Assembly: GCA_964188305.1 (NCBI GenBank)
Contig: OZ076887.1
From: Podarcis bocagei
Taxonomy: Eukaryota
Direction: 5' to 3' (one strand)
DNA length: 64,000 nt
A model generated the notes under the pieces. That model was not told where the DNA came from, did no database searches, and worked only from the letters and a program-made list of their open reading frames with translations. The position numbers and the translations under genes were made by a program. Shown one piece after another: positions 49,803-63,055 of the stretch (positions are counted from its first letter, which is position 1; each line of letters begins with the position of its first letter).

Positions 49803-51225
49803 GTAAGTTCCTGTCATTATGTTAGTTCACAGTAGCCTCATTTCTCCTCCTGGTTTGAGAGAACACATGCAACACTGGGATAATATTCAGGTAGTTACTC
49901 CCTTCTTTTTCTGTAAGACGGCATCATCAACAGGCTACATGGAGATGTTGATGCACAAAAGACATTTGTAAGAAATAGCTTTTTAAAATAATGTCATGTT
50001 TTCATAAACAAGACACAGATGTACACATTCTTCCTTACCATTCTCTCCCTCCCACTATGAATTCTCTCTATTTTCTGGTCATCGTTAGTTGTAGTTTAAC
50101 TCTGGGTTGCATTCAATTTGGTTATACTTAGAGTAGGTCCAGTAAAATTAATAAACACAGCTAAGTTAGGAGCAATAATTTTTGTGGGTCCACTTAAAGT
50201 AGATTTAGTTGAATGCCACTCACAGTGTTTCATTTGGCAGGCCGTGGTTAGCAGTTGTCCTCCAAACCAGAGTCAGAAACCCACTTCAGATTATGTTTTT
50301 TGATTCTGCATTGGAAGGCAAGTGCCATACCTGGCCAGATCACTGAATCTTAGAATCGTAGAGGTGGAAGAGACCACATCTAGTCCAACCCCATGCGATG
50401 AAGGAATTTTTTGCCCAATGTGGGCCACAAACCCACAACCCTGAGATTAAGAGTCTCATGGCAGAATACGGCTGTGTGTTGCTTCTAGAACTATGTATCT
50501 AGCATAAGTAGTCCTGTTCATAGCACTGGCTTGTAGTTGTCATGACTAAAGCTGCTTGATATGAATGGTAATAAGCAAATGGCACCATACACATAAAACA
50601 GTCCCCCCTTGTATTAGGCATACTTTACTGCTAGGCAAGAGCATCCACTACCAGCAGCACTGTTTCTCACCAGTGGTATACCAAGGTTAATAGGAACCTT
50701 AACAACTGGGGGTCCCATGACATTATACTGTACTGTTCATTTTTTTACACCAGGAAAGTATATTCACAGACCCAGATTTTAAAATATACTTGTAATATTT
50801 GTTGCAAGACCCTGCTTTCTAGAATTACCCACTCTTCAACCTAAGGTTCCAGGGTGAGTTACAACAATTAAAAAATAAAATAAATAAGTTTGAAACAACT
50901 TGCAGTCACAGAACTAAGGTGGGTCCTCCCCATCTGAGGCAAAGTGACCAGTTCAAAATGCTATCAATAGCTGGAAAATTGAGATGAATATTAAACCAGA
51001 AGGAATGTGATTAGTAAATATTGTCTTGCTTCCCAGTAATAATCAAAGATCCTTTTGTTCAGAATAAAAAATAAAATAAACTTACCATTTTCTACACAAT
51101 CATTAGAAGGATAATAAAGAAATTATTACTGTTAAGCTGTCTACAGAGTCTGTATATTGAGAAGTGACTCTTTTCTAACCTTCAACACAATCTGTTACTC
51201 AGACTTGTATTTTACTTTTCCCCAG

Positions 51226-51323
51226 GTTACAATGCCCCATACCTCTCAGTATACAGTGAAAATGCCGTTGATATATTTGATGTGAACTCCATGGAGTGGA
51301 TTCAGACTATCCCCCTCAAGAAG
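51226..51323 (+). CDS. CDC42BPA: Exon, CNH (CYNAPYLSVYSENAVDIFDVNSMEWIQTIPLKK)
   Basis: ccccag|GTTACA; AAG|gtaaat. Confidence 0.94.
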
Positions 51324-51874
51324 GTAAATAGCAAATGATACTGAAGATCAAACCATTCCATAGGATAGATTCCAACGAGAGTTAAGAGTGTTTCAACCTG
51401 TTAGCATATTCAGTCAAATGCAACTTATAAAAGAATTCCCTTTCTGCGTTTATCATTTGTTATGCAATATAATTCCTCCTTCCCCTAAAATTCTCATACA
51501 CCAGTAATTTTAAAAATTATTATATTGAGAATTATTGCATGATCACTTGTAAAGCTTTAGCTGATCATTGTGTTTTAAATTTCTTTTCTTTTTTTAATTC
51601 AAACCGCATCATTTCATCTATTGAAAAACGCCTCACGAACTTCTGTTTAATATTATGAACAAATGAAAATTTAAAAATTATACTCTATCTCAGATCTTAG
51701 GTAAAATGACTCCAGGTTTTTGGCAAAGGTTTCAACACCAGTTCACTAATCAGTTTCAGGGTGTGTGTTTTTAACTGTTGTTAATTATTGTTCTGCATCA
51801 TTAGCCTTTGAGTTTGAGAAATATTTTACTAAAGCCAATCTTTACTAAGCTACTCATAACTCATGTGCTTTCAG

Positions 51875-51959
51875 GTACGTCCTTTGAACACAGAAGGATC
51901 GCTGAACGTCCTTGGACTAGAAACAGTGAGGTTAATATATTTCAAAAACAAGATGGCAG
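51875..51959 (+). CDS. CDC42BPA: Exon (VRPLNTEGSLNVLGLETVRLIYFKNKMA)
   Basis: tttcag|GTACGT; CAG|gtgagt. Confidence 0.94.
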
Positions 51960-52006
51960 GTGAGTGAAAGAAGATTCCTTGCTAAAATTAACGTATTGGT
52001 ATAACC

Positions 52007-52134
52007 CAGGGATGTGGAACCTGTGGCTCTTCAGACATTGCTGGACTACCGTTTCCATCATCCCTGACCAATGGCTATGCTGATGGGAGTTAAAGCCCAA
52101 CAACACCTGGAGGGTCACAGGATCCCCATCCACG
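52007..52134. mobile_element. Short hAT-type MITE, 47 nt downstream of an exon donor
   Basis: Quasi-palindromic CAGGGATGTGGAACCTGTGG...CACAGGATCCCCATCC; flanks GTATAACC / ATATAGCC. Confidence 0.6.
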
Positions 52135-53999
52135 ATATAGCCCATTAAATATTGTGTATCATTGTTGATTCAGTCTCGTATAAGACATTTTTGGTTGGCC
52201 TCACAAACATTTCAGCTGTAATCTGACAACGACACTCATTCTCTCAGGGTTAAGAACAAAATTATGAAAAAGTTATTGTACCGTGTGCCCTAAATAGCTG
52301 GGAGACTATGGAGACTCTAGTACGGCAGCATAACTGACTTGGAAATCTATTGTTATTTTATTCTGGCCTACCATTTGTGATTCGTAGATGTTTTAGGTTC
52401 TGCTTATTTTTCCATAAATAAAATAGAAATTTTTATTGCTATTTTCTCAAACTTACAGAATAATTCTTTGCCAAAAAAAAAAGACTCCTGAAGCAGTTAA
52501 CAATAACACCTGCATAAATACAATAAAATCACAAACACAACTACACTTTTTGTAAAACCCAGTCCTTGATCAGAACACTAGTTGTAATAATGTATATGTT
52601 TATTTGGGTTGGTAAAACTTAGTCCAATCGGTATAGTCACCATTGACATTTAAGACCTGCACTGTAAATAACAATGAGAAGAGGAAACAAAAGATTAGAA
52701 ATTATTTTGGCATATATATTTATTACTCCCTGTCCTGAGTGAAGTGTGAAGATTACATTATCACAAGAAATGAGTATATTTCTCTTAATAAATGTTTTAG
52801 AGTATTGAGTGTTTATAGAATATTGAGTGTATGTTCCTAGTATCAGAAAGTAGGTTGTATATTTACAGAACCTAGGATCAGTTATTTAATCCTAGAGCAG
52901 GTTAGAAAAAACAATAAAGCTATATAAAAATAAAATGAAAACTATTTGAAAAGCAAGAAGGATATAATAGTACAACAGCTTCACAACAACCAGTTTGCAA
53001 TTCAGTATTAAATCAGTCCCCTGCAAAACTGGGTGAGCAGGTAAGTTTTTAATTGGTGCCAATTTTGATTTACCTGAAAATAATTTGGTTCTGTCAATCT
53101 TACAAAAAATGGATAAACAACAGCAGAATAATTAGGGTTAGATGAAGTGATCTTTTCGTTTTTCCTGCTTAGTGCTGGAATTCAGTTATCTATGTGAGTT
53201 TTCTCAAAGTCTCTCCCTTCCCCCCATGAAGCAGCCTCAAACACCTACACAGGTATAAGGTTACCTACCCCAAATAAATGGAAATGGAAGCATTTACTTA
53301 AGCATCCTGCTTTCTTCCCCTTCTATCCTACCATAACTTCTTGGATCATTCTCCCTGTACAAGTACCCACTTTGTATCATGTACCAAACATCATTCATTA
53401 TATATATATATGCAGCTTTAAAATATAGTTGTAAGCTCAGAAATAAGCACTACGGATTCCACTGAGACTCGAGAGTTAACTCAGTAATGTGTTTAATTAA
53501 GCCCCAATACATTTGTTTCCTTTGAAAGGAGGTGACTTGGGAGCTGAGAAGTAGGGAAGAGCTTAACACTTTCCTTATTTGCTGCTGCTGCTCAAAAGAT
53601 TGCCATCCCTAATCCACTTGCTTCCCTTGCCCCCATGTTTGAATCTCAGAGGATGGCTAATTTGGGGCTGGAGAAGCAGTAGGAAGGAAACAGGTTAAGC
53701 ACCCTCCTCCCTTTGTACTTAATGTCTCTAAATCGCCCCCTCCCCAACTTAAAAAGGGGGGTGGCAAGCGCCATAGCTTATGTAAAGCATGTTTGCATGT
53801 GATACACAATTAGCGTTGGATTGCAGTCACAGAAATAGTGTTTTACAGTTTCTTCTTCCTACGTTATTTTTTTGTTTGTTTATATAATTTCCCAGGGGCT
53901 CTGTTTAGATAAAAACCCAGAATAGGGGAAATACGTAGCTTAACCATTTTATTAATTAACTTAATATGGAACCTGCTGGGTTTTTTGCATCTTTCCTAG

Positions 54000-54123
54000 A
54001 GGGTGATGAGCTGGTGGTTCCTGAGACATCTGATAACAGCCGGAAGCAAATGGTCCGAAATATCAACAATAAACGCCGTTACTCATTCAGAGTGCCTGAG
54101 GAGGAGAGGATGCAACAGAGGAG
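54000..54123 (+). CDS. CDC42BPA: Exon (EGDELVVPETSDNSRKQMVRNINNKRRYSFRVPEEERMQQRR)
   Basis: tcctag|AGGGTG; GAG|gtcggt; ORF 53966..54172. Confidence 0.93.
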
Positions 54124-55391
54124 GTCGGTATTCAACCTGTACTTGTCTTCTGTACATGCCTGTAGGCCCTGAAGACTTGTTTGTCTGCTGTCAATGTAGT
54201 TTTTTTGTTAGAACAGACATTTGTCTCTCTTCCCTTACATTTACTCTTTGTACATACTTTGTATAAACACCAGTCTAAAAATTTTAGTCCATTTAAAATT
54301 AAATCCTTGTGCAAAACAATTACTGTAATTTTCTGAATGCATGCCTCCATGTACTGTATATATGTACATTTGCGTGTGCGCGTGTGTGCATATACTGTAT
54401 ATATGAAGATTGATAATAAAAAATTTTGCAAAAGAGGATTACATTACTAATTATGCATACGTATTACTTTCAAAGTCTAGTTGCTGTTGTACTTTTTGGC
54501 AATGCTCATCCCATACTCTGTAACATTCCTCAGTGTTTAGATGTTATTTCTTTAATTGTCCCCTTGCGTGGCTTCTATGTAACAAATGGCTCACCTTGGA
54601 AAATGGTGTCTTGGGGTATATGAAAAAACTACAAACCTTTCTGAATATTAAGAAAATGTTTTCAGTAAGCACAGGACTGATATTTCAGTGTTTCTGGCCA
54701 AGTGTTCTTTCCATCCATAGAAGTTTACATGTAACTGCAGGAAAGACATATGTAAAGAACAGAACTTCTTCTCAAATTGCCAACCTTTTCACTGGTAAAA
54801 ATAGCCAGATCTGCTTTTCTTTCTGTAAAACTATTAGAGCAACACTTACTGTATAGTTGGCTAGTTTTATGCTTTCTGCTTTTCAAAGATGCAGAGAACT
54901 CTTTACTTTGTATCCTACAATAGAATGGCACCTTTCTTTACAAACTCTTAAAGTTATTGTGACAGTTAAATATGAAGGGTAGTGCAATATTCTTCTAATT
55001 CTTCTTCTTCTTTTTTCTTCTGTCCTTCACCTCTGCCTCCATCTTTGCAGTGCCAGGTCACCACTGAGCCCGCAACTGCACCTTTTCTTGAATGTTGTCT
55101 CAACTCACTCTCTGAGTCTCAGTAGCCCTATGGACTTTTTACGGGCATGGGCTTTTAAGGCTTTAAACCAAACTTCTGTTCTTCCTGACCCTTTCCCCTT
55201 TCATCAGGCTGAGAGCTGGCATAGAATCAACACCAGAAGTTAAAGTTACCCTCCTTTGAAACCTGGCCAGATATTTTTTTTTATTTATGTTTTAAAGTAA
55301 CTTATATGAATATGTATGTAAATATATATTTCACCATTTTTACGAATATCCTCATGGACAAAATACCTGACCTGGCTATCCTCTCTTGCAG

Positions 55392-55509
55392 GGAGATGCT
55401 ACGAGATCCAGAAATGAGAAATAAATTAATTTCTAATCCAACTAACTTTAACCACATAGCACACATGGGCCCAGGAGATGGTATACAAATCCTTAAAGAT
55501 CTACCTATG
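55392..55509 (+). CDS. CDC42BPA: CRIB/PBD exon ([39 protein letters not shown])
   Basis: ttgcag|GGAGAT; ATG|gtaagt; CRIB motif ISxPxxFxHxxH. Confidence 0.96.
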
Positions 55510-58500
55510 GTAAGTATATGAGCGTGTGTCCACACATAGATGTTAGTGTTATATATAGTAGATAAAATGAACATATAGGCATTAAATTGTGATATAAATT
55601 GGAGTTGAACAGTTAGAAGGTTTTAATGAAATAGAAAGTGACTTTCATGGGCAGGGGCTTGAAAGTGATTAAAATAGAGAAATACAAATCTTAGGAACAT
55701 AGAAAGCTGCCTTAAGTCCTTTTCCCATCTTGCCAGCTTGTCTGTCCTGCCTAGATGTGATGTTTCAGGTTCTCACACAATAGGTGCTTGGAAAGACCTC
55801 TTCCTAAAATCAGTTTAACTAGAGATACCACAAGGTGAACCTGTCACTGGCAATGCCCAAGTTTACTGGCAGTGCCCATAAAGGTTAACGTTTAACAGTT
55901 AAATGTCAATGGCTGCATCTGTTGGACACACCAGTTCCACAGTTACGTTAATTAATGGATATGGAAACTCAGAACTAGTTTTAGGGAAGTCATTCCACAC
56001 AGTAACCTCATGGTAGCTTACACAATAGTTCTTGAACAGTTACAACCATTGGTGAAATGCAGAAATCAGGCTACCTGCCCCTCCCATTTTTTAAATTGTT
56101 TTGGGGGGGGTGCTTTGGTTGGGGAAATTTTTTTTTTAAGGCTGGTCTGCTTCTTAGTCTGTGTTGTATTTGTTTGGCGGGTGTAGGTGTTTTACCTGTT
56201 GTTGTGGTGGGAGGTGGGCTCTGAGCATCGACAGTATTTGCCTATGAAATGTGACCACAACAGTTTCTTAGATTTCCAAATGTGTCCTGGGTCCCAAAGG
56301 GTGAGTCACCCTGAAGTTCAGTATTCAGCAAAATAGCAGACTGGGCCAAGTTCTTGCTTCTGTCTGCAGGACACACAAGTGTCCCACCAGTTTTTTGTTT
56401 CTTCTCCAAATCTTCATATTATCTGTTCTTCCCTGCTGTATATACAAAAGCATTCTGTTTTCTTTTCCTGCATATTTTTCTAAATTATTTGAGCTATACA
56501 AGAGGACATGAGAGAAGAGAGGATCACGGCAGGTGCTAAGAAACAGTTCACTGTTTATTTTCTCATATGTGCAGTCAGCAAAATTCACAGCCCAGGATTT
56601 ATCTGTATAAAGGATTACCCTTTCCTGTGGTCTTCCCTCATGATATATACCAGACACAGAGTCCTCTTCCTCATATTTTCATGATTCTGTAGGTTTCAAG
56701 CATCCCCTGCCCCTGCCAACATAGTAAATGACAGCTCTCCCCACATTAGGGTTGCTGTGCTGATTTTGCCTGTTAAAAATTTGCCATCGTTCTAATTAAA
56801 CAGGCAAAAGAGGATCTTATTCAAATGCTTGCAGGAACATACTAGTAAATTATTTGACTTCCTTGGGTCCCTACAATTTTTTTCCTATTAAACTTCAGTA
56901 AAAATTAAACATTGCGCCTGATTTATCAGTATGCAAAGACACTATTTCTGTATAGTAACCAAGGTATATGCATCAATTAGTTTGAAGCTAATGGTTTTTA
57001 AAACGAATCAACTGCAGCAGATATTTCCATTTTTCCAACAACAACAACAAAATTAAGCTATTTAGTGCTTTATCAGAGGTGGGAACCTCCAGCCCACAGG
57101 TCAAATGTTGCCCACCAGGCCTCCCCATTGGGCCCATAAGGCCATTTTCAAGAAGCCACCCCCATGCTATGTGTGAGGCAGGTAAGGGCAGAACATCAAA
57201 AGAACAACTGGGGACCCAAAGCTCTCGACTATTCCTTTGTTCAAGCAAGGTGTGCAGTTTAAAGGAGACACACAGAGGGGGATGTTTGAAGGCATGTTCC
57301 AATCACATCAGCTGCTGGAACATGTCTTGCTCAAGGCATTCAAGCTTTGGAAGTATGAAGGAGCAAAGTGGAGGTGCCCTCCCAGGACATGGGAGCCTGC
57401 CTCCAATCTCCTCCCCCTCCACTTTTCCTACAAGCCTCTGTGGCTTGAAGGACAAACAGAAGGGGGAGGATGTCTGGAAGCCATTTATAAACATCCCTGC
57501 CCAAGGATATTTAAAGAAGGGCTGTTTGAAAGCCCCATGGTTTGCTTTGAAGTCCTGACAATTGGGGCTTCAAAGAGAGGCGTCACCTGAGGTCACTATG
57601 ATGTCAGGTGATAGGCTGGTGGGTGGCCCTTCAGTCAGAAAAGGATTCTGAGCCCTGTGGTATGTGGATAAGACATTATTTGAAGTTGACTTCTTATGAA
57701 ACTTTCCAGAGTTTGTTTTAATGAAATGCTACACCGAGGTTCTGTAAAAGTGAAACTAAACCCCATGGAAGTCATCATCCACGTGGACAGGAAGAGAAGG
57801 GGAAATTGTGTGGGCTCGATTCATTACTCAGGCTTGTTCAGGCTCGTCTGCACAGCACTCAATCATGGTTTAGTATTACATGCAAACAAAGCCAGTGTGT
57901 AAAGAGTCTGAAATATGATGGCAGTGTAATGTGATACACCGTTTTCCTTCCTGACGGGTCATACAATTCTGGTGGTCTTCCTGTTTGTGTATATGCAGTT
58001 CTAATTGAATAATTGGGCTCCATGGTAGCAGCAAGTAGGAAGCAAGAGTTCTTCAGTAAAGTAAATTAAAATTAACAGCTGGTCCTTAAGCAAAATCTCC
58101 TACAGGATTTTCCTCTTATATGGAAAACACTGAAATTAGAACATGATCTACATTTGAGGGTACATGTAGGGAAACTGATGGGCTTGTGAATGCTTTAGTA
58201 AACAAGGGTGTTGTTACGGAAAAATCTGGGTGCGGGGTTACTCTGCCCCCCCCTTCCGTAACAGTGTACATTCAGGGTTGTTCTCCCCTCCCCCCCCCCC
58301 CGAGTATCTAGATGTTTGGATGACTGGTACATGAAGGAGGATAGAGCCAAAAACATTAGTAACCCCCCCCCCCCCGGTACTGTGTTTTCTTGTAATCAAA
58401 TGTTTGCAGTTGTTTCGTTTATTAATAAGAAAATGGGAGTAGGATTTTGCCAGCAAATATACTTTCCCCTTTGTCTGAAGGGTACCATGCTAGGGAAGGG

Positions 58501-60147
58501 AGGCTTGGTTTTTATATTGCCATATTTTTATTCTAGTATAGCTGTCCCCAGCACACTGAGTGAGGGATGTATTCTAGTGCACCATTTGGAAACAGGGCTG
58601 TTGTTTCCCAGTGGTGGGGATGCCTACTAAAAGTGGCGCTTCTTAGGAAGATTAGCTGCATCAAGATATATGAGATCGGTGTAGGTTTGCAAGAGATAAT
58701 AATGAAAATTGCTCTTAATTTGTCTGTTTTAGTACTGTGATCATCAGTCAATTGAGTTCAGTCAAACTTGCTTCTCTGTAGACATGTATAGCATTTCACT
58801 GTTAATTTTGTGTCAGATCTTGGGTCTCTTTGGGTTATGTTCCATTCGCTTCTTTGTTATGAATGAGTCCAGGGAAAGTTTATTTTTCTAAGATAGTTTT
58901 AAAGGCAGTCTTGTTCTTTTTTTAAGAAAAAGAAAAACCCCATACACTTCAGCATCTAGCTTTTTACCACTAGATGGAGCTGATTTTGCAGGGTAAACTG
59001 TTATTAAATTATGTATTGAATAAATGACATTTTAAAAATCTACAAGGCTTACAATACATTTATATATAGATACAGGAATACATAAGGAATATCAAGAGCT
59101 GCTTTATACTGAGTTGGACATTTGGTCTATCTAGCTCAGTATTGTTTACACTGATTGGTAGCAGCTATCCCCCTGTTAGTTTACCTGTGTGGAAAAGGAT
59201 TTATTTTCTTTCTTTTTGTGATGGTCACACTTTTTCTTTTTGTTAACAAAGGGGAATGAAAGCAAAGGGGGAAAGAGAAAAAGCTATAGATTCATAAAAG
59301 TAAACGTTATTCAAAAACTAGACCACATAAATCTGGGAGGTGTACACAATGGATAATAATACAACAACTACTTTGTCATCTAACCTGCAACAAAAAAGGT
59401 ACATGAAGTCCTTGACTTGGCCAAGGCCTAACCCATGACTAACTTAATTCTGTAGGTTTAAAAAGGGTCTGTTCTATGACTTCGATACCACACATTTTTT
59501 TCCATTGTACAGTGGAATATGTACATCACATATTGTCAGGGGCTTCGTCGGATTGAATTGGCTGTGTGAGAATGTCTGGTCCTTTGTATACCATGTATGT
59601 TAAGCCCATTTGTGTGTCTCAGATGGGACTGTGAAAGTAAAGCCTCTGCAAACTGACCTACCTTGCACCACCCAAGGCGTGATGCCATCATAGAAGTCAC
59701 TAGTAACACATCATGCCTTTTTCAGTCCATTTGCTAATTCAAGCAGGCTGTGAGCAGGTGAGTTTCCAGTGAAGCTCCACTCTGAGTAGCACAGGTGGTA
59801 GGGGTAAGGAGGGGACAGGATTTGATCAAACATGAGCCAGGAGGGAAGAATTAACTGTGATGTTTGTAGTACATGTCAATGTCTGAAGGCAGGAGAAGGG
59901 CATATGCTAGACTGCAGTTCACATGCCACTGCTCACTCTCTTCAAGATTCTAATGAGTACTTTGGAGAGCGAGATTCTAAAATAAGAAGGTGATTGTGGT
60001 TGTGTATGTACAAAAGCAGTCTCTGGAAATGGGTCAGGCAGTATGCAGATGTTAAATATATATGCCTGTTGATTTACAAGCCTCATTTTTAATGAGCATA
60101 TGCTCCATGATTTGTATTCCTAAGATCACAGATATCCTCCCTCATTA

Positions 60148-60230
60148 TCTCTCTTTCTCTTTCTCTGTCTCTGTCTCTTTCTCTGTCTCTCTATCTCTCT
60201 CTGTCTTGCTCTCTGTATCTCTCTTGTCTT
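60148..60230 (+). promoter_or_regulatory. Extended CT-rich polypyrimidine tract of the second-CRIB exon
   Basis: ~83 nt of TCTC/TCTG repeats; no AG between 60131 and the acceptor at 60235-36. Confidence 0.7.
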
Positions 60231-60236
60231 TGATAG

Positions 60237-60422
60237 CCAAGCTCCCCTTATCCACCCTCTCATCATCACTCCCATCTCATCTCTTCTCCAAGCAACTTCG
60301 AGCACATCTATCACATGACTGTTAACTCAGCTGAAAATTTCCTCTCCCGTGATTCCATAAACCGTGCATATTCCCCACCTCTACGCTCTGTCCCTCGTAC
60401 ACCAGCCTTTATGAATATAAGG
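60237..60422 (+). CDS. CDC42BPA: Alternative exon with second CRIB motif, 186 nt (PSSPYPPSHHHSHLISSPSNFEHIYHMTVNSAENFLSRDSINRAYSPPLRSVPRTPAFMNIR)
   Basis: tgatag|CCAAGC; AGG|gtatga; phase 0-0; open frame with ISSPSNFEHIYHM; this frame is absent from the ORF track. Confidence 0.87.
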
Positions 60423-62274
60423 GTATGAATTGTTCAGCCAGGTGTTCCTGCTACTAACACTGTGTGGTGTTCCTTCTTTTTTGGCCTGGCTAATATCTGG
60501 CAAGATTTCAGCTTTGCAGTTGGCTTCATTTGTGTCTGGATCTTTCTTTTTTTCCTTTTGCTTCCCTTCAGCTACATTTCTCTTTAACCCCCAAATGAGG
60601 GGTGTGAACTTGGGCATCTACCAAAGTAGAAGTCCTTGACCTTTTCCCAAAATTACTAAGTATTCAAAACAACTTTTGCAATCCCACTAAAATTCACCAG
60701 AGAGTTTCCCAGTTCAAAGGACCCACAGTGAGGAGACTGGTGTCCTAAAACATGTTCGGTACATTGCGCATGCTTCCCCACAGTCCCCTTGTCCACTGAG
60801 ATTAATAGATTCATAGGGGACTTGAAGGAAGCCCAGGGGTGCATCTCAATAGGATTTATCTGATAATTATGGAAAGCTTGTTGCTGTATCCAAAGACTCA
60901 CACCCGTGGCTTTTCTTTGCAATAGACAAGACTTAAACAGTTGGATGGCTGCATGCCAAATGACAGAAGGAGGCCTATGTATTAGAGATAACCTTGTGTA
61001 TAGTGTTGGAATTCTGCATTTCAGTATGGTAATAGAATTCTGTCCACTTAATAGGAACATCAGTCTGATCTGATTTACATGACTTCTGCCACACTGTCCA
61101 TGTACATGCTGCTGTACAGGGTCCTATAACAAAAAGGAAACCCTGTGCCCTGCCATGAGGAGTTTGCAGTCCACATTCCAACTTTGCGGAGGCAGCAGAG
61201 GGAAGAAAGGAGAGATGGAGGCATATATATGTGCAGAGGCAGTCTTACATAACTCCCCCCCCCCCTTGAAATCTGTCTTTTTCTTGAAATGTTAGGTGAA
61301 GGCAAAGAGCTTCAGGGAGAGACTTAACTGGGAGATGGAATTGAAGGAGAGAACAGAGAACTCCTGCGCCTTGTGGATTTGGGAAGGGAAGGGAGTTCCT
61401 GATAAAGCAGGACTGGGGAAGTGGGGGTGCCATTTAAGGGAGCAGGAGGCTGTGCCTCTTCTTATTTCTAGTTAGGTCTGTAGAAGTAGGCTCTTGCTCT
61501 GTCAAGTACTTCATAAAAATGTTTTTTATTTGTGGCCTAACAATCCTGGTCTAAAGGGAGGTGTCCCTCAAATCACAGAACAAGAAGGCTGAGCAGGTGG
61601 CTGAGCTTCAGGTTTGTTACCGTTTGTGTCCTTTCGCATAATTCTCCTGCCAACAAAATTGTTTACTGAACTGAATGACCCCACTGAATGACCCAGCTAT
61701 ATTTTCTAAGAAAGCATCTTACATTTGGTGGCTGTGAAGTAAATTGCTTCTCTTTTCTGAAGTTAAAAGTTCTACTCAGTGAGCTGCAATCAAATTTATA
61801 TTTTCTACCTTTCAAAAGAATGACATTTCAGTCCTGCTGACAGAAATGCAGGATATATAAATTGTTATTATAAATAAAAAATGTATTTTTGCCATTGAGA
61901 TGTATTTGCTCTGAAGATTCGTTTGTTTACCTCTTTGGTCTGTTAAAAGAATAACATCGGTATTTTAAAGGAGATGCTATAGGATTAAGCTTCACTACCA
62001 TTTCCTAACTGCTGTTTTGAGCAACCATGGTTTTTCTTTTTGTGCATGACGTGAAAAGCTTCTCTTTCTCTGTTCTCTGATCTTAGCAGTGAGTTATACA
62101 AATGTTTAAGAAAAGAGCAGTGAGGCATTTGCTTTGAGGTAAAGAGCACCTAAGAATTAGATGGACTCTGCCTTTTAGTTAAATAAAATGAGTGTATCTT
62201 TCTCATATACCTGCAGCTGTAATAGTTGCCTCCACCTTGTTTTAAAATTGATTGTGGTCATTAGATCTACTTCC

Positions 62275-63055
62275 CCAAATAGGGTTACTCAGCCCTTAAA
62301 GGACCAGGTTCATCGCCTGGGGGTCACTTTGGGCCCACAGCTGTCCATAGAGGTGCAAGTCAACTCTGTGTCCAGGGTGGCTGTCTACCAACTCCATCTG
62401 GTATGCCAGCTGAGACCCTACCTGCCCACAGACTGTCTCGCCAGAATGGCACATGCTCTACTTATTTTCCGCTTGGACTACTACAATGCACTCTATGTGG
62501 GGCTACTTTTGAAGGTGACTCGGAAACTACAATTAATCCAGAATGTGGCTGCCAGACTGGGAGTGGCCGTCATGACCATAAAACACCAATCCGAAAAGGT
62601 CTACATTGGCTCCAAGTACAATTCAAAATATTGGTGCTGACCGTTAAAGCCCTAAATGACCTTAGCCCAGTATACCTGAAGGAGCATCTCCACTTCCATC
62701 ACTCAGCCTAGACACTGAGGTCCAGCTCCAAGGGCCTTCTGGCGATTCCCTCATTGCAAGAAATGAGGTTACAGGGAACCAGGCAGAAGAACATCTTCTT
62801 GGTAGTCACATGCACCCTGTGGAACACCTGCCCATCAGATGTCAGAGTTAAACAACTCTATAACCTTTCATAGACATTTGGAGGCAGCCCTCTTTCACGA
62901 CACTTTTAAAGCTTGATGGGTTTTCTCTCCCCCCACCCCCCATTCCCTCTGTACTTTTGTTGGAAGCCACACAGAGTGGTTTGGGCAACCCAGTCAGATG
63001 GGCAATGTATAAGAAAAATGTTGTTGTTGTCGTCATCATCATCACCATCAATAAA
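62275..63055 (+). mobile_element. L2-type LINE 3' fragment (ORF2 C-terminus and tail)
   Basis: LGVTL...RLDYYNALYVGL...LQLIQNVAARL, HWLQVQFKILVL; 3' stem-loop and simple-repeat tail. Confidence 0.85.
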
